The notes under the pieces were generated by a model that made no database searches, was not told where the DNA came from, and saw only the letters and a program-made list of their open reading frames with translations. Of a stretch of 64,000 nucleotides of DNA, positions 17,205 through 28,686 are shown in pieces. Origin of the DNA: a virus (lineage: Duplodnaviria; Caudoviricetes). The stretch is taken from IMG/VR virus record IMGVR_UViG_2894097338_000001, positions 1 through 64,000 of that record; one strand, 5' to 3'. How positions within the stretch are numbered: position 1 is the first letter of the stretch; the number at the start of each line of letters is the position of its first letter. Both the position numbers and the translations under genes were made by a program.

Positions 17205-18269
17205 TTGAGTGAAGAAAAAGAACTAACCTACAAAAGCAAGGCTACAAGAAAAAGGATTCGATATGCTACAAAGGCAAGGATGGAGCAAATCAATCCAGGC
17301 AACATTAAAGAGTATCAAAGATATTTAAAAACTAGCATTGTTAAAAATAGAGACGTTGCTAAAACTACATATAAAGTATACGAGAGTAATTTCAACATCT
17401 TCCTTTGCTTTATTATGGAGCGTTGGGATAACTTTGATATTTTAGATGAAGAGTTCCTAGATGAAAACATGATTGATGTAATGGAGGATTATATTGTATT
17501 TCTCCAGGAGGAACTTGGAAACAACAAAAAGACAATTAATAATAAAATCGCCGCAGTATCTTCATTTTATATGTGGGCTGCGAAACGTAGAAAAATTAAA
17601 AGCCATCCATTCGAAAATAAACTTGATCGAATGAAGGGTGCCAATGATGAAAAGATCATTGCAGAGTATTTCCTGTCACTTGAAGAAATAGAAGAGATTA
17701 GCCAAGAGCTGTCACTTGTAGATGAAGAAGGTGCGACGGACTATGATAAGCAAGATCAGATCATGTGGCATGTTGCTTACGACTCAGCTTGTCGAATCGG
17801 TGCATTAAAAGGGTTAAAGATTAGTAATCTAGACCTTGAAGGCAATAGATTTGTTGGAGTTCGTGAGAAGCGTGGGAAGATTGTAAGTGTTCCATTTACG
17901 GATGAAACCAGGGCATTACTAGAACAATTCGTTGAGTACAGAGAAGCTAAGGGAGTCGATTGTGACGAGCTATTCTTTGTACAATTAGGTGGCGAATGGA
18001 AAGGAATGTCTACGCAATCGATTTATAACAGAGTAGTTAAGATTGGTCATATTGTCGGGCTAGGAGATTTCCGCCCACACTGTATTAGAAAAAGCCGTAT
18101 TAACCAAGTTGCTAAATTCGATATTAACTTGGCGAAGACATTAGCTAACCATGAGTCGCTGGACACGACATCTAGATTCTATACAGAGAAGAAAGACCAG
18201 TCCGAAACACTCGATTCGATAATCGAATTAGAGAGAAAAGGGAGTAAGAAAAATAGCGAAACACACTAA
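17205..18269 (+). CDS. Tyrosine recombinase in tail region (SPbeta YomM-like position)
   Basis: Full catalytic set: ACRIG, EKRGK, HCIR, ANH, FY. Confidence 0.9.
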   Translation: MSEEKELTYKSKATRKRIRYATKARMEQINPGNIKEYQRYLKTSIVKNRDVAKTTYKVYESNFNIFLCFIMERWDNFDILDEEFLDENMIDVMEDYIVFLQEELGNNKKTINNKIAAVSSFYMWAAKRRKIKSHPFENKLDRMKGANDEKIIAEYFLSLEEIEEISQELSLVDEEGATDYDKQDQIMWHVAYDSACRIGALKGLKISNLDLEGNRFVGVREKRGKIVSVPFTDETRALLEQFVEYREAKGVDCDELFFVQLGGEWKGMSTQSIYNRVVKIGHIVGLGDFRPHCIRKSRINQVAKFDINLAKTLANHESLDTTSRFYTEKKDQSETLDSIIELERKGSKKNSETH

Positions 18270-18293
18270 TTAAAAGGTGGTGTGATTCACTAA

Positions 18294-21200
18294 ATGGCAA
18301 AAACCGTTGGAATTGATGTAAAAATTGACCTGCCTTCAAAATCAAAATTGGAGGCCGATCTTAAGAAAAAATGGAGTGGCATGAAGAATGACATTGACCT
18401 AAAAATCAATGTTCAAGCTGATAAAAACAGTCTTGCCAAAATGGGTTCACAGATAAATAACTACTTTAAAGGACGAGAGTTTGGAGTAGATATTAAAGTA
18501 GACTTAAAGAATGGTCAAAAGAAACTTCAAGAGTTTACGACTATGTACAAGGATTTCAGAAAAGAGTTTGAAAAAGGCTTAGAAATGAAATTCAATCCAA
18601 GTAAGACTTTAGATAAAAGTTTTCAAGAACTTGTTTCTGGGAAATCTCAAAAGCTTCATGAATCGCAGCAGAAAAACGGAGATTATATCAAAGCTTTAAT
18701 GAAAGATTCTGGCTCAATGAGTAAAGTGACTCAGCAGACAATTAAAGAACAAATCAAGACGGCAGATGATGCATTACATAATCTTGAAAAGGTAACTACT
18801 CAAGTAAATGCATTTAAAAAGGAAGTTAAGAGTTCTGTAGATGGAGAAGTTGTAAAAACCGACACATATACAGATAAGATTGCTGGTATCAAAGCTGTAA
18901 TTGATTACACTAAAGAGGTTGGAAGGCTTGAAAGAGATAACCTAACTGCTTCTAAAGAGGTAGTCGCAGCAAATAATAAAATCATCGAACTTAACAAGCG
19001 CGCCATTAATGGATTAAAACAGGATTATAAGAATACATTCGGCGAAGACATTACTAAAAATATGGAAGTTGCAAAAGCTGAGGCATCAGCTCAATCTAAT
19101 ATAGCTATTCAAAAGGCTTTAATCCAGAAAGAGCAACAGGCAGCCATAGATAAGCAGAGACAGGCGACATTAAGTGAAGTTGTTAAGCTTGAAAATGAAA
19201 TTTACGGACTTGCAAAGAAACAGCAGAGCGCTGGTTCAGATGAGAGCGCTGCTTATGATAAACAGATTGCAAAAGTTCGGGAAAAGAGCAATGCTCTAAA
19301 AATGCAAACTGGTATTATGAAAAATCTTACCAAAGAACAAAGAGCTGCTTATGACTCTCTTCGTGCTGATAATAAGTCGACACTGGACTTCAATAAATCT
19401 CTAATGAATGCCAAGAGTGCAGATAAAGCAAGAGTGAACGCTCAAAAGGCTGCACTTCAAGATATGAAGAGGGATTTAAAAGAAATTCAAAAACTTGAAC
19501 AAAAAGCCGACGATATTCGTGCAAAGAAAACAGTTGGTGGAGCAACGGTAAAAGAAAATGACAACCTCAGAATGCTTGAATCTGAGTTGGCTGTTCGCAA
19601 AAAGATATACGATCAAGAGCTAAAATCGCATAATAAAAAGGGTAACATCACAAAATCTGGAGACGCGGAACTTAAGTCTCTAGAGAAAAAGTATGATGCT
19701 ACCAAGAAAATAACTCAAGCTAGAGCGTCAGAAGAAGCCTCTATTCGAAAAGAACAAAATGCATTTAAGTCACTTGAAGCAAGTATTAAAAAAGTGTCTA
19801 GTCTTAAAAAGGATTTAGGTAAAGCTGGAACTAAAGAGTCTAGCTATATAAATGAGGTTATCAAAGGCGAAGAAGCTAAACAGGCTGCAATAGAGAAATC
19901 TATTACTGCTCAGAAAAAGTTCAACAAGGCTAAACTGGAAGAGGTACAAGCAACAAGAAAAGCCTCTTATGAAGAAGCTGAACAGTCGGCTACAAGAAGT
20001 CAACTTAGTGGACAAGATAGTAAGCAGGGTAAGAAGAAATTTAACTCTGTTGTAAACATTGATCCAATTCGAGTGGCTCAAACGGCCAAAAGAGCATTTA
20101 TGACTGTCTATGACAGCTTAGCGAAAGTTGACGAGCAGGTAGTTAATATTCAAAAGGTTGCTGATGTTCCTACAAAAGTGTTAAATGACTTTAATGCTGG
20201 GTTGTATGATCAAGCCGCAGCTGTCGGTAAGTCAGCTGATGAATATGCTGGATCGGTAGCAAGATGGTTAACGACTGGTAAGACACTTTCAGAGTCTAAC
20301 GAGCTTGCCAAAGTTTCGGTAATGGGTTCATTTGTAGGTAATATTGATGAAGAAGACATGGTTAATTATATGGCCGTTCCACTTAATGCTTATAAGGATA
20401 GTGCCCTGGAAGCCACAGATGTTATCAATGCAATGAACGAAGTTTCTAATAATAACGCCATAGAAATGGAACATCTTGGAGCTGCATACTCAAGAGCGGC
20501 AGCAACAGCATCGACCGCTGGAACTTCATTTGCACAACTTACTGGTATGATTACGGCAGGTCAAGAGTCAACAAGAGCTGGAGGAGAAAAAATCGGTACT
20601 GCCCTAAGAGCAATCGATATCAACTTCGGTAAAATGTCTTCTGGTATGACAAAGGCCGACAAAGAAAGAAGTGCCTGGTTTGCTAGCAAGGGTATTGCAT
20701 TAAAAGATGAGAATAACGAATTAAGATCAACATATGACATCTTAAGCGACTTGTCTTCTAAATGGGGAGAGCTTGATGGCGATGATAGAACAACAGCCAC
20801 AACGTATGCGGCAGGTAAAAACCACGCAGCGATCCTACAAGGTATTGTTAAGAACTGGGATGCAGCACAGAAAGCAACTGCCGAGGCTCAAGATCAAATC
20901 AATCTGGCAAATAAAGAGGGTGGATCTGCCTTCAAAGAGTTCGAGAGTCAACAAGATTCTATTCAGTACAAAACGGCTCAACTAACAGCAGAATGGCAGA
21001 AGTTCTTGCATACAATAGCTGGTGGTAGAGAGGGCGTTAATGGGGTTTTAGGAATCCTTACTGACGGCTTGGCAAAAGCCAATGAATTAGCATCTAATGA
21101 CCAGTTTATGGGATTTGTTAAAAATGCTTTAAAACTTGGTGGAGCCTATCTTGGATTGAAGATGGTTAACAAGGGATTTGGAGCAATTGGAGACACTATG

Positions 21201-24200
21201 GGCGGAGTCGTTGGAAACCTAAGCGTAATTTCTGGAATTATAGGTGGAGGAAAAGGCGGCAAGCTATTAGGAGCGTTCAGCAAAGGCGGAGGAAAAATGT
21301 TCGGCGGTATGGCGACTGGTCTTGGATCAGTAATCGGACTGTTCGGTAAATTTATACCTTTCCTAAATATTGCATTAATTGGAATGACTGCACTTCAAAT
21401 GGCTGGCGTTGATGTATTTGGAGGTATTGGACGTGCCATAAATGATATGGGCGGCAGCATGGCCAAGACAAAACGAAAAGTTTCCGAGTATAGAAAAGAG
21501 CAAGAAAAGCTTAACGAGGTCGTTAAGGATGGACTTGATTCTGCTAGAACATACAAAAAGGTTGAAGATACTAAAACTAATCTAGATAAGACCATTAAAG
21601 ACAAGCGTAAAAAACTGGAAGAGGAAACTAAGCTTGCAGAGCAAGAAGGAAGAGATAAGCCAGTTCAAAGAATCAGCTTCACAGAAGGTGAGTTTGAAGG
21701 ATACAAGAAACAAATCGAAGATCTTGCTGGTGAGTACGGACTTGATATCAAAGTTGATAGTAATAATATTGACGAGATTCTTGAAAAAATGGCGGAAGTT
21801 GAGCGATCAGCTAAGAGAATTAATGCTGAAAAAGGTAAAGAATTAAATAAAGCTGTTAAGAAGAGTACGAAGTATACTGGTAATGATATACTTTCTGAAC
21901 TTGACGAAAAACATGAGCTACCAATTGGGGCTGCCGAAGAACAGAAGAAGATTATCCAGGGCTGGAGTCAAGCTGTAAATGAAGGTACTATGACTTATGG
22001 CGAAATGGCCAAGAATGTAACTCAGATGATGCAGCAAAATCTATTTACGCCAGAGCAGCAGAAGTGGATGTCTCCAGAAGCAGCAAAGGTTGCCGAAGAG
22101 AATACTAAAAGGATGAACGACCTACTTGGTCAGAGGAGCGATTTAGTCGCAAGCGCAAAAGATAATGTGCTTCCTCCTGCTTTAAACAAAGAGTCTGTTA
22201 GACTAATGGCAACAGAACTTAGAAGTATTGATACTAGAAAAACTGCTTTAGAAGGTGTAAATAAAGTAATTGAAAATGGTGGAGTTCTATCAAAAGAACA
22301 GCACGAATTGATTAAAACACTAGATCCTGGAGGTAAATTCTTGTCAATTTCAAATGACACTGCGGCATGGGGTGAGAATACAGAAAATGTCAAGAAGTCA
22401 CTAGAGGGATTGAACGCCGAACTAGACAAGACTGGTGGAGCCGTCGAGAATAGCGTAAGAAAATACGCAAAAGAAAGTCTCGGATATACCGATGAAGAGA
22501 TAAATAATTTAGTAAACAGTATGCGAGGTGCAAAAGCCGCATATGTTGCAGAGCTAGCCACATGGGGTGACGAAGGAAAGTCTATACTTGGTGTAACTCA
22601 GAGATTCGCCGAAGAGACTGGAAATAACTGGGGGAAGGTTCTTGCAGATATGCAAGCCGACATAGATGGTCTATCTACAGCTGATAAGGAGCTGGCGATA
22701 AAATTCAACCTAGTTAAGGAAGACGGCTTTGTAAACATAGAAGAACTTGATAACTTCTATAACCTTCCAGAGTCCGTTGCCAAACAGTTTGAGTTGGTTG
22801 TTGAAGGAACTGGCGAAGTTGATATAGAAAAGGCCTTAGACTTTAGTCAAAAGCTAGCAGCTATAGACGACGCAGATTTATTCAAGAAAATAGACATAGA
22901 GGTTGACGGTGCGTCAGATGGAATATTAACAATTGACGAATTGGTTCAAAATATGGATAAACTGAGCGCTAACGAGATCATGAGCCTAATGATGAAACTG
23001 GAAGTAGATGAAACTGATGCATTATCTATTATACAGGAAATTACAGGGATGGAACTTAATCCGAAGGTTGTCGGAGATACATCTGGTATTAAGAACGACA
23101 TCATATCGGCCGCAGAGAACACTGAGGCTACAGCAAAAGTGAATGCGGAGATTGACAGTCGAACAACAAGTGGTTTGTCAACACAAATTACGGCAGCCCT
23201 AATGGATACGTCTGTTAAAATTCCAGTCGAACCAGAGGCTAAATTTGCCTTAGACTTTGCAAGCAAATTGAATATTGCTGCCACACCTCCGCCACCAATA
23301 AAAATTCCAGTTGGAGTTGACGGAGATCAAGCCGCAAGTGAATTACAGGGTGTTGTCGGAGTTATGGAGAGCTCAGCTGGCGAAGTTGAAGTTGTGGTTA
23401 CAGCAGACGGGCAAACAGCAGAAAGCACGCTTGCTAACATAGAAAAAAAAGCCGTCACAGTTGATGAGTCAGATCCAAATGTGCTTATCATGGCGGATGG
23501 AAGTAAGTTTTACACAGTCGCATCAAATGTTCAAACGCAAGTATCAACACTGGACGGAAAGGTTGTTAATATAACATTTAAGGGTGTCGAAGATGCTTCG
23601 TTAACATCGTTAAAAGCACTAGCTGCTTCTGGCGTTACAGTAAAAGGCAAAGGAAGTAAATCAATTGCTGCCTCCATAGGTCAAAGCATTGCATCATCAT
23701 TCTCTACTGGTGCACAGGCTGTAGGTCAAGCTGTCGAAGGTGCTAACAAGTCAATGTCCAAAGGATCTGGATCTAAAGGTAATCCTAGATATGCAAACGA
23801 CAAGATTAGTCAAGACGTTTGGAGATATTGGAGCAAAGAGCTATTTAACGGACTTCCAATCGAAAATTCTATGGAGAAACTAAAACATTCAATAGATGCC
23901 GCAAAAGATAATGAAACTAAACTTATCTCCCTTTATAAGCAACAAATTTCGTTGACACAGCAACAAATTAGACATAACGAAGATATGAAGAGAGCCAAAC
24001 AGGATGAAATGAATGCAATTCTTTCAGACTTGAGAAAGCAAGGATTCAAAACTAGCGGCAACAAGGTGACAAACCTAGGTCATGCGAAGAGTATAAAGGG
24101 CGAAGATGCTGTTACATTGGCTAATGAAAACCTTAATAAGTACAAAGATCTTTATAATCAAATCAACGACCTAAATAGTAAGATACTTAGCCTTCAACAC

Positions 24201-26579
24201 GACAAGACTAAGATAAACGATGACATTAAGTCAGCTGAGAAATCTAAAGAGGCAAAAGCTCTAGACGGTAGATTTAAGAAAACTGATGCATTACTAACGG
24301 CGATTAAGAACAATACGGATATATCAAACAAAAAGATATCTCTAATTGATGACGCTGATTTCGAGCTTAAACTTACAATGAACGAAGAAGGATTAAATAT
24401 GAGTAAGAATAGTATATCTCTTCTTACTGATGAGTTTAATTCTTTATCTAAAATGTATGTTAAGCACGATGAAAATGCGGAAAATGTCAAAGGCAAGCTA
24501 GAGGATCTTAAGACAGAGATATTAAATAATGCAGATGCTATTATAGAATATAACTCTAGAATAAAAGATATACAGATGGATAGATTAAACAGCGACCTAG
24601 ATAAATTCTCAAGCATCATGGAGAGAAATTTAGGTAAAGTAAAATCAAACATCGAAAACCTCAAAGAAGGCTTGATGAGCGACACATCATTTGGTGACCT
24701 TGGAACAGCAAGTTTTGACAAGCTTGACTTAAGTAGAAAGACAAAACTTGAGAAGCAGTTTGAAGAAAGACTCGCACTGGAAGCTAGATTGAATGAAGCC
24801 CTCGATGGATATTCTAAAAAGAACATCGATAGAACTGCAAAGGTATCTAATCAAGTACTTACAATTGAGAAGAATAAATATGATCAATTGTTGAAAATGC
24901 AGTCAGACTTCTCTAATGGCAAAGTATCAAAGGTAAATTCCATAAAACCTTCTGATGTCTTAGGAAAAACAAGCGTAGAGAAAGACGGAAGTTATACCGC
25001 ATGGACTAAATCATTAGAGAAGGTAAACAATGATTATACGAAGGCATATAGTCAAATGTCTAAAAGATACGATGAAGCTATTAAGAACGCCAAAACACAG
25101 GCGGAGAAGGACTCAATTACTCATGGCTTCATCGTAGAGCAACTAAAACTTCAAGAGGATATGTATCGTAAGATAATTCAAGTTAACAAGGAAGCTGCAG
25201 AGCAAGCCAATGAAATGTTAAATGATACAGGATTGACAACCTCTCAAAGAGAGTCACTTGAGGGATCATTAGCCGATTACCAGGATGCGATAACAGAAGC
25301 CCAAAACTCAATCAAGGAAGCAGTAAAAAGCAGATATGAATTAGAGTTCGATTTAATGGACAAGCTTGCTGAAAAGGCCTCAGATTACACGGAAGAGATT
25401 GAATACCTGTTATCTATACAAGAAGCCATAAGTAAAGACAACAGCGGTAAAACTGGTCTTCTAGAGGCAATTTACGAATCTAAAATAAATGAGTACGGCT
25501 CTGCCAGATCTAGTCTAGCTAAATTGCTTGAGGAGCAAAAGAAGGTTGGAGAAGGCAGCTATGAATGGAAGATTCTTCAAGATAGAATTGATGATGTTAG
25601 AGGAAGCTTGAAAGACCTAACAGTTGATATTTTAGAAGCTAATAAGGACTTGATGGAAAATCGTTTAGATGTTCTACAGGACGACATTGCAAAAGGCATG
25701 TTTGATGGAAAAACATTAAAACAATGGGAAAACTTCAAAGATAAATGGGTTACAGGGATTGAAAAAGAGTTAGAGCTCGACAAGGTTAGAAGAAGAGCAA
25801 TTGATTTAGAGAGTGATCTCTATGATAAAAAGCTTGAGGCGCTAGACAGACAGGAAGCTGTTTCTAAGAAAGATCTAGAGTATCTAGATAAACAATTGAC
25901 TGTATTAGAGCTTCAAGAAAAGCTGGATAACCTTAATAATGAGCGAGACGTTCAGACACTTGTTAGAAATGACGATGGTACGTGGGACTGGCAATATGTT
26001 GCTAATCAGACAGAAATCGACAAGGTAAAAGAGGACTTAGAAAAAGCAGAATTAGATTTGATTGACTTTAAAAACGATCAAAGAAAAGACTACTTCAAAG
26101 ATCTTTCTGATATCTTGGATCAAGCAAGGGATGGAGAATTTAGCTCTGAGGATGATTTAATGAATGCCTTAAATGACTTGAAAAAAGCATACGGCTTTGT
26201 ATTAGATGATATCCCTGGAATTGACACTGGAGACTTCGATGAAATTCTTAGAATTTACGGAGAGTACCTAAACAGTAATAAGGACATTATTTCTGGAATG
26301 GGTGACGGTGAAATAAGTAAAGAATATGAAGCACTTGTTGACAAGGTTGGCCTTAGATTTGAGGAAGGATTCAGAAATATTGCAGATGAACTTGGCAATA
26401 TCATATCAGAATCTCTTAAATCAGCTTTACAGTCGGCTGTAGTCAGCGAAGGAAATGGAAGCTATTTAATCGAACGTCAGATACTGGAATTTCCTAATGT
26501 TAAAGATACTGATGGGTTTAGAGAAGTTCTTGAAACATTACCAGCTGCAACTAAGCAGAAGATTCATGGCAAGGAATAA
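18294..26579 (+). CDS. Tail tape measure protein
   Basis: 2761 aa helical; TP901-type core (INAMNEVSNNNAI..GEKIGTALRAI), Gly-rich hydrophobic segment. Confidence 0.92.
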   Translation: MAKTVGIDVKIDLPSKSKLEADLKKKWSGMKNDIDLKINVQADKNSLAKMGSQINNYFKGREFGVDIKVDLKNGQKKLQEFTTMYKDFRKEFEKGLEMKFNPSKTLDKSFQELVSGKSQKLHESQQKNGDYIKALMKDSGSMSKVTQQTIKEQIKTADDALHNLEKVTTQVNAFKKEVKSSVDGEVVKTDTYTDKIAGIKAVIDYTKEVGRLERDNLTASKEVVAANNKIIELNKRAINGLKQDYKNTFGEDITKNMEVAKAEASAQSNIAIQKALIQKEQQAAIDKQRQATLSEVVKLENEIYGLAKKQQSAGSDESAAYDKQIAKVREKSNALKMQTGIMKNLTKEQRAAYDSLRADNKSTLDFNKSLMNAKSADKARVNAQKAALQDMKRDLKEIQKLEQKADDIRAKKTVGGATVKENDNLRMLESELAVRKKIYDQELKSHNKKGNITKSGDAELKSLEKKYDATKKITQARASEEASIRKEQNAFKSLEASIKKVSSLKKDLGKAGTKESSYINEVIKGEEAKQAAIEKSITAQKKFNKAKLEEVQATRKASYEEAEQSATRSQLSGQDSKQGKKKFNSVVNIDPIRVAQTAKRAFMTVYDSLAKVDEQVVNIQKVADVPTKVLNDFNAGLYDQAAAVGKSADEYAGSVARWLTTGKTLSESNELAKVSVMGSFVGNIDEEDMVNYMAVPLNAYKDSALEATDVINAMNEVSNNNAIEMEHLGAAYSRAAATASTAGTSFAQLTGMITAGQESTRAGGEKIGTALRAIDINFGKMSSGMTKADKERSAWFASKGIALKDENNELRSTYDILSDLSSKWGELDGDDRTTATTYAAGKNHAAILQGIVKNWDAAQKATAEAQDQINLANKEGGSAFKEFESQQDSIQYKTAQLTAEWQKFLHTIAGGREGVNGVLGILTDGLAKANELASNDQFMGFVKNALKLGGAYLGLKMVNKGFGAIGDTMGGVVGNLSVISGIIGGGKGGKLLGAFSKGGGKMFGGMATGLGSVIGLFGKFIPFLNIALIGMTALQMAGVDVFGGIGRAINDMGGSMAKTKRKVSEYRKEQEKLNEVVKDGLDSARTYKKVEDTKTNLDKTIKDKRKKLEEETKLAEQEGRDKPVQRISFTEGEFEGYKKQIEDLAGEYGLDIKVDSNNIDEILEKMAEVERSAKRINAEKGKELNKAVKKSTKYTGNDILSELDEKHELPIGAAEEQKKIIQGWSQAVNEGTMTYGEMAKNVTQMMQQNLFTPEQQKWMSPEAAKVAEENTKRMNDLLGQRSDLVASAKDNVLPPALNKESVRLMATELRSIDTRKTALEGVNKVIENGGVLSKEQHELIKTLDPGGKFLSISNDTAAWGENTENVKKSLEGLNAELDKTGGAVENSVRKYAKESLGYTDEEINNLVNSMRGAKAAYVAELATWGDEGKSILGVTQRFAEETGNNWGKVLADMQADIDGLSTADKELAIKFNLVKEDGFVNIEELDNFYNLPESVAKQFELVVEGTGEVDIEKALDFSQKLAAIDDADLFKKIDIEVDGASDGILTIDELVQNMDKLSANEIMSLMMKLEVDETDALSIIQEITGMELNPKVVGDTSGIKNDIISAAENTEATAKVNAEIDSRTTSGLSTQITAALMDTSVKIPVEPEAKFALDFASKLNIAATPPPPIKIPVGVDGDQAASELQGVVGVMESSAGEVEVVVTADGQTAESTLANIEKKAVTVDESDPNVLIMADGSKFYTVASNVQTQVSTLDGKVVNITFKGVEDASLTSLKALAASGVTVKGKGSKSIAASIGQSIASSFSTGAQAVGQAVEGANKSMSKGSGSKGNPRYANDKISQDVWRYWSKELFNGLPIENSMEKLKHSIDAAKDNETKLISLYKQQISLTQQQIRHNEDMKRAKQDEMNAILSDLRKQGFKTSGNKVTNLGHAKSIKGEDAVTLANENLNKYKDLYNQINDLNSKILSLQHDKTKINDDIKSAEKSKEAKALDGRFKKTDALLTAIKNNTDISNKKISLIDDADFELKLTMNEEGLNMSKNSISLLTDEFNSLSKMYVKHDENAENVKGKLEDLKTEILNNADAIIEYNSRIKDIQMDRLNSDLDKFSSIMERNLGKVKSNIENLKEGLMSDTSFGDLGTASFDKLDLSRKTKLEKQFEERLALEARLNEALDGYSKKNIDRTAKVSNQVLTIEKNKYDQLLKMQSDFSNGKVSKVNSIKPSDVLGKTSVEKDGSYTAWTKSLEKVNNDYTKAYSQMSKRYDEAIKNAKTQAEKDSITHGFIVEQLKLQEDMYRKIIQVNKEAAEQANEMLNDTGLTTSQRESLEGSLADYQDAITEAQNSIKEAVKSRYELEFDLMDKLAEKASDYTEEIEYLLSIQEAISKDNSGKTGLLEAIYESKINEYGSARSSLAKLLEEQKKVGEGSYEWKILQDRIDDVRGSLKDLTVDILEANKDLMENRLDVLQDDIAKGMFDGKTLKQWENFKDKWVTGIEKELELDKVRRRAIDLESDLYDKKLEALDRQEAVSKKDLEYLDKQLTVLELQEKLDNLNNERDVQTLVRNDDGTWDWQYVANQTEIDKVKEDLEKAELDLIDFKNDQRKDYFKDLSDILDQARDGEFSSEDDLMNALNDLKKAYGFVLDDIPGIDTGDFDEILRIYGEYLNSNKDIISGMGDGEISKEYEALVDKVGLRFEEGFRNIADELGNIISESLKSALQSAVVSEGNGSYLIERQILEFPNVKDTDGFREVLETLPAATKQKIHGKE

Positions 26580-26582
26580 TTA

Positions 26583-26615
26583 TACTCCAGAAGAGTTAGT
26601 CTCTTCTGGGTATTT
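26583..26615 (+). terminator. Rho-independent terminator/attenuator
   Basis: CCAGAAGAG-N5-CTCTTCTGG then GTATTT. Confidence 0.65.
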
Positions 26616-26635
26616 AATTGAAAGGAGAATAATCA

Positions 26636-27721
26636 ATGCAACCATATCTAAATCCAATAGCTAATTTTGATGCTAAAAACGATTATCAATTTACGTATTT
26701 GTATCTTGGATCTAGTCGGGTATTAAAAAACGAAGTAAAGATTAGGGAAGCTAAGGATGGCTCTGATCCAATATATAGTCGCATATCGACTAAGTTTGAC
26801 AAAAGTCACATCGTTCCAAAGGGATCTTTGGAGAACGGGAAAACGTATTGGGCTAGTATTAGAGTAGAAGTAGATGGTGAGTTTACGGAATGGTCTCCAG
26901 AGGTTTCGTTTTTATGTTTAGCCACTCCATCATTGAAGTTTGATAGTTTAGACAATGAGAACTATATTTTTAATGATGATATTATGATGCAGGTCATATA
27001 TCGCCAGGAGCAAGGCGAACGCATCGAAACATTTCAATTTACATTACTAGATCAAAACAAACAGGCTATAACGAAGTATCCAGTTAGGATTCCAGATACT
27101 ACCACACCAAATGTTTTACAAGAAAGAATGACCAACCTAGTAAAAGGTAGGCTGTACTACGTAGGTATCAGACTTAGAACCAAAAATGGAATCAACCATT
27201 ATGAAGATCATGAGTTTATACCACAGTTTATAACACCAGCACTTGAGGGTATTGTCGTAGCTGAGGCGCAGCCAGAAAATGGACAGGTTTTAGTTCAGTC
27301 TTACTTGAAACAACTTCTTGGAACGCAGGTTAAGCCATCTGTTCCTGGAATGGATATAGCGAATGACGTGGCTTACAGTTACTGGAAAGATGAATGGATT
27401 ATAATTCCAAAAGAAAAACCTTTGATGTATACAAGGTTAGGAATGGCAAAGGCCAGTGACTGGGTGGCAAAGGTTTGGTGCGAAAATATCCCTAATGGAG
27501 TAATGTTAGACTTCGCAAAAGAAGACAATGGTCATCCTCATATAAAATTCATAAAGCATGATGACTATATTACTTGTGAGAAGGAGCTTGGAGGAATTAA
27601 GTCTCGAACAAAATCAAATACTATCAAAAATCTTAAGCTTGGAAAATTCTACCTTTATATAAAGGTAATTGAGTACAGAGTTCAGATGACAATAGTACCT
27701 TATGAGGTGGATGAAATATGA
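26636..27721 (+). CDS. Baseplate/distal tail protein with FN3-like repeats
   Basis: 361 aa after TMP; LENGKTY and LVKGRLY FN3-like motifs. Confidence 0.6.
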   Translation: MQPYLNPIANFDAKNDYQFTYLYLGSSRVLKNEVKIREAKDGSDPIYSRISTKFDKSHIVPKGSLENGKTYWASIRVEVDGEFTEWSPEVSFLCLATPSLKFDSLDNENYIFNDDIMMQVIYRQEQGERIETFQFTLLDQNKQAITKYPVRIPDTTTPNVLQERMTNLVKGRLYYVGIRLRTKNGINHYEDHEFIPQFITPALEGIVVAEAQPENGQVLVQSYLKQLLGTQVKPSVPGMDIANDVAYSYWKDEWIIIPKEKPLMYTRLGMAKASDWVAKVWCENIPNGVMLDFAKEDNGHPHIKFIKHDDYITCEKELGGIKSRTKSNTIKNLKLGKFYLYIKVIEYRVQMTIVPYEVDEI

Positions 27722-28683
27722 TTATAGATTACAATTATTTCGGGGTAGGACTTCATGGAAATGTATTTGATACGGCAATTTCTACAGCTGAGCTTGACGA
27801 AGTCACGATGGGAGCTGGTCTATGGGACGAGTTATTTATCAGTGTTGACACTAAGATAGGTCAAGAAATGCTAAAACCTAAGCATTGGCAGCTAAAAACT
27901 ATCATGGATGCTAAATTCAAAGGAAGTTTGGAGGCTGGATCACTTGGAGCAGATGGACATGTCGTAACTAAGATACAGTTATATAGAAGGGATATAAACA
28001 AGACGAACGAGTGGCTTCTCGTTGGTATGTGGGATTATGATGAAGACTTTAACGTCTACTCATTCGTGGATAGATTGGCCGAGAATCAAGCAAACTACGA
28101 GTACGCGATCTTGCCAGTAGCTGACAAAATACTTGGAGATTTGACTCAGACTAACAAGTCTGTACGCGTAGAGTATGATGGGGTGTTTATATCAGATCTT
28201 CAAAATAACTTCAAAGTTGAGTACGATCTCAAGAAAGACACTGTGACACATGTTAAGAATTATTCAGAAATGCAAACTTTAAATGGAAGATACCCTATTG
28301 TTGTATCTGGAAACCAAAACTATAGAACTAGCAGTATGAGCTTCTTACCATTAACTGATGAGCAGATTAACTCAAGAGGAACAAAGATAAACGGTAGAAG
28401 TGAAAGAGAGTTGAGAGAGAGTATAGTTAATTTCCTTCAAAAAGGTGGAGCTAAGGTTATCAGAAATAGCAATGGTGATATGACAGTTGCTGCTGTGCAT
28501 TCTGTTACCGAAACACCAAGAGAGGGAAATCTAGAAGATCTTTCTGATATTTCTTTTAACTATGTAGAAATCGGAGAACTGGAATATGAAACAATGTCCA
28601 AAGGTGGATTAATTGGATCAGCTGGTAAGTCTAAGTATACATTCGATGAAGATGGGGAAATAATTTGGAACAATGGAGGATAA
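27718..28683 (+). CDS. Distal tail (Dit-like) protein
   Basis: 321 aa; TLNGRYP..NY.T, FL..K.IR..GD, ISFNYVEIG features. Confidence 0.6.
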   Translation: MIIDYNYFGVGLHGNVFDTAISTAELDEVTMGAGLWDELFISVDTKIGQEMLKPKHWQLKTIMDAKFKGSLEAGSLGADGHVVTKIQLYRRDINKTNEWLLVGMWDYDEDFNVYSFVDRLAENQANYEYAILPVADKILGDLTQTNKSVRVEYDGVFISDLQNNFKVEYDLKKDTVTHVKNYSEMQTLNGRYPIVVSGNQNYRTSSMSFLPLTDEQINSRGTKINGRSERELRESIVNFLQKGGAKVIRNSNGDMTVAAVHSVTETPREGNLEDLSDISFNYVEIGELEYETMSKGGLIGSAGKSKYTFDEDGEIIWNNGG

Positions 28684-28686
28684 TAC

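Noticed and set aside
4742-18269. Recombinase-driven tail-fibre inversion system (shufflon) or DGR
   Set aside because: No inverted fibre cassettes, crossover repeats, reverse transcriptase or template repeat found
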